NCBI GenBank assembly: GCA_021432655.1
Contig: MU271242.1
Span: 62,001-110,337, forward strand
Direction: 5' to 3'
Length of the DNA: 48,337 nt
Origin: Atractiella rhizophila
Taxonomy: Eukaryota
The position numbers and the translations under genes were made by a program. A model generated the notes under the pieces. That model saw only the letters and a list, made by a program, of their open reading frames with translations, was not told the origin of the DNA and did no database searches. This document shows, in pieces, positions 47,594 to 48,337 of the stretch. The first letter of the stretch is position 1, and the number at the start of each line of letters is the position of its first letter.

Positions 47594-48337
47594 TTATCGA
47601 CACCAGAACAATCCTTTGAGCATGTCGACCGCCACCTCGAGCCATCCTCCACTGATGACACCTTCATCGACTTGTTCGCCAACATCGTCAGTATGCTCAA
47701 TAGGCGTTTGCTCAGACTGCTCAACAGATGTTCGCTCGGACTTCTCGATGGATGTGTGCTCGGACTGCTCGATGGAGGTTTGGTCGCATGAGACGACCGT
47801 TGTTTGCTCGGATTGTTCGACAGATCTATGCTCTGACTGCTCGGTAGGAGGGCTTCTAGCTCGTCGCCGTTCCTCTTTCCTCAGTCTGCGAGCCTCTTTC
47901 CTGACTTCCGCCTCATGTAAAACCATGATGAGTGCTGGGCTGAAGTTCGGGATATTCCCTTCGAACACGCGCTTGCTCTCCCTAGATACCATTCCGCATA
48001 AGCAATAATCAAAACACAAGGTCACAAACTGACTTTGTCGTTCCCCTTGCTCTACAAACTTCGACACGATTCTTCGCGAGGCGTTTGGCGTGCTTATGCC
48101 TCGCATTCACGACAATGGCGTCTCGCTGCATCCTCCAACACTCGTTGACCCAGATAAAGTCGTGGTCCTTGAACCGCAGGCTTTGTCGTGCCTCTTCTCC
48201 CTTCGGCAGGGGTGAAGCAACAACAAACTCGCGCGTGAGGACCTTCTTTGGCGTCTCCTCCTCGTCATCCCACACCCTCAGTCCATCCTCATTCAAAATA
48301 ACTTCTACAACTCCATCTTCACTCGATGTCGACCGCA
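47594..48337 (-). CDS. 3' part of a hypothetical protein with 8-aa tandem repeats; possibly frameshifted
   Basis: Two overlapping ORFs (48009-48296, 47594-48106) in different frames. The gene runs off the window. Confidence 0.35.
47690..47843 (-). repeat. Coding minisatellite, 24-bp unit, about 6 degenerate copies
   Basis: EQSEHRSV EQSEQTTV VSCDQTSI EQSEHTSI EKSERTSV EQSEQTPI. Confidence 0.75.

Overview
Eukaryotic, intron-rich fungal DNA, most likely a basidiomycete (40-75 nt introns, FunK1 kinase; the lineage is inferred). The ORF track is fragmented by introns, so gene models were spliced by eye. In order, the window holds: the 5' end of a probable siderophore NRPS, an Upf1-like SF1 helicase with an N-terminal RNase H/exonuclease-like region, an orphan gene, an ABCB/MDR transporter, SLX4, a second orphan, a 1.35 kb non-autonomous TIR transposon (CACCG ends, TTTG target duplication), NRK1 with micro-exons, TIM22, a FunK1 kinase, calcineurin A, PUB1, SDO1, RPS28 and SSH4. 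It ends with a putative LTR plus TpA-skewed relic, a 25-N gap, an ankyrin-like gene end and degenerate ORFs. The strongest biological signal is paired ATCWGATAA iron-GATA boxes upstream of both the NRPS and the ABC transporter, suggesting a loose iron-repressed siderophore synthesis/export module. Five tandem duplications all have a single A at the junction, which points to a scaffolding artefact from uncollapsed haplotypes. No rRNA, tRNA or CRISPR array was seen.
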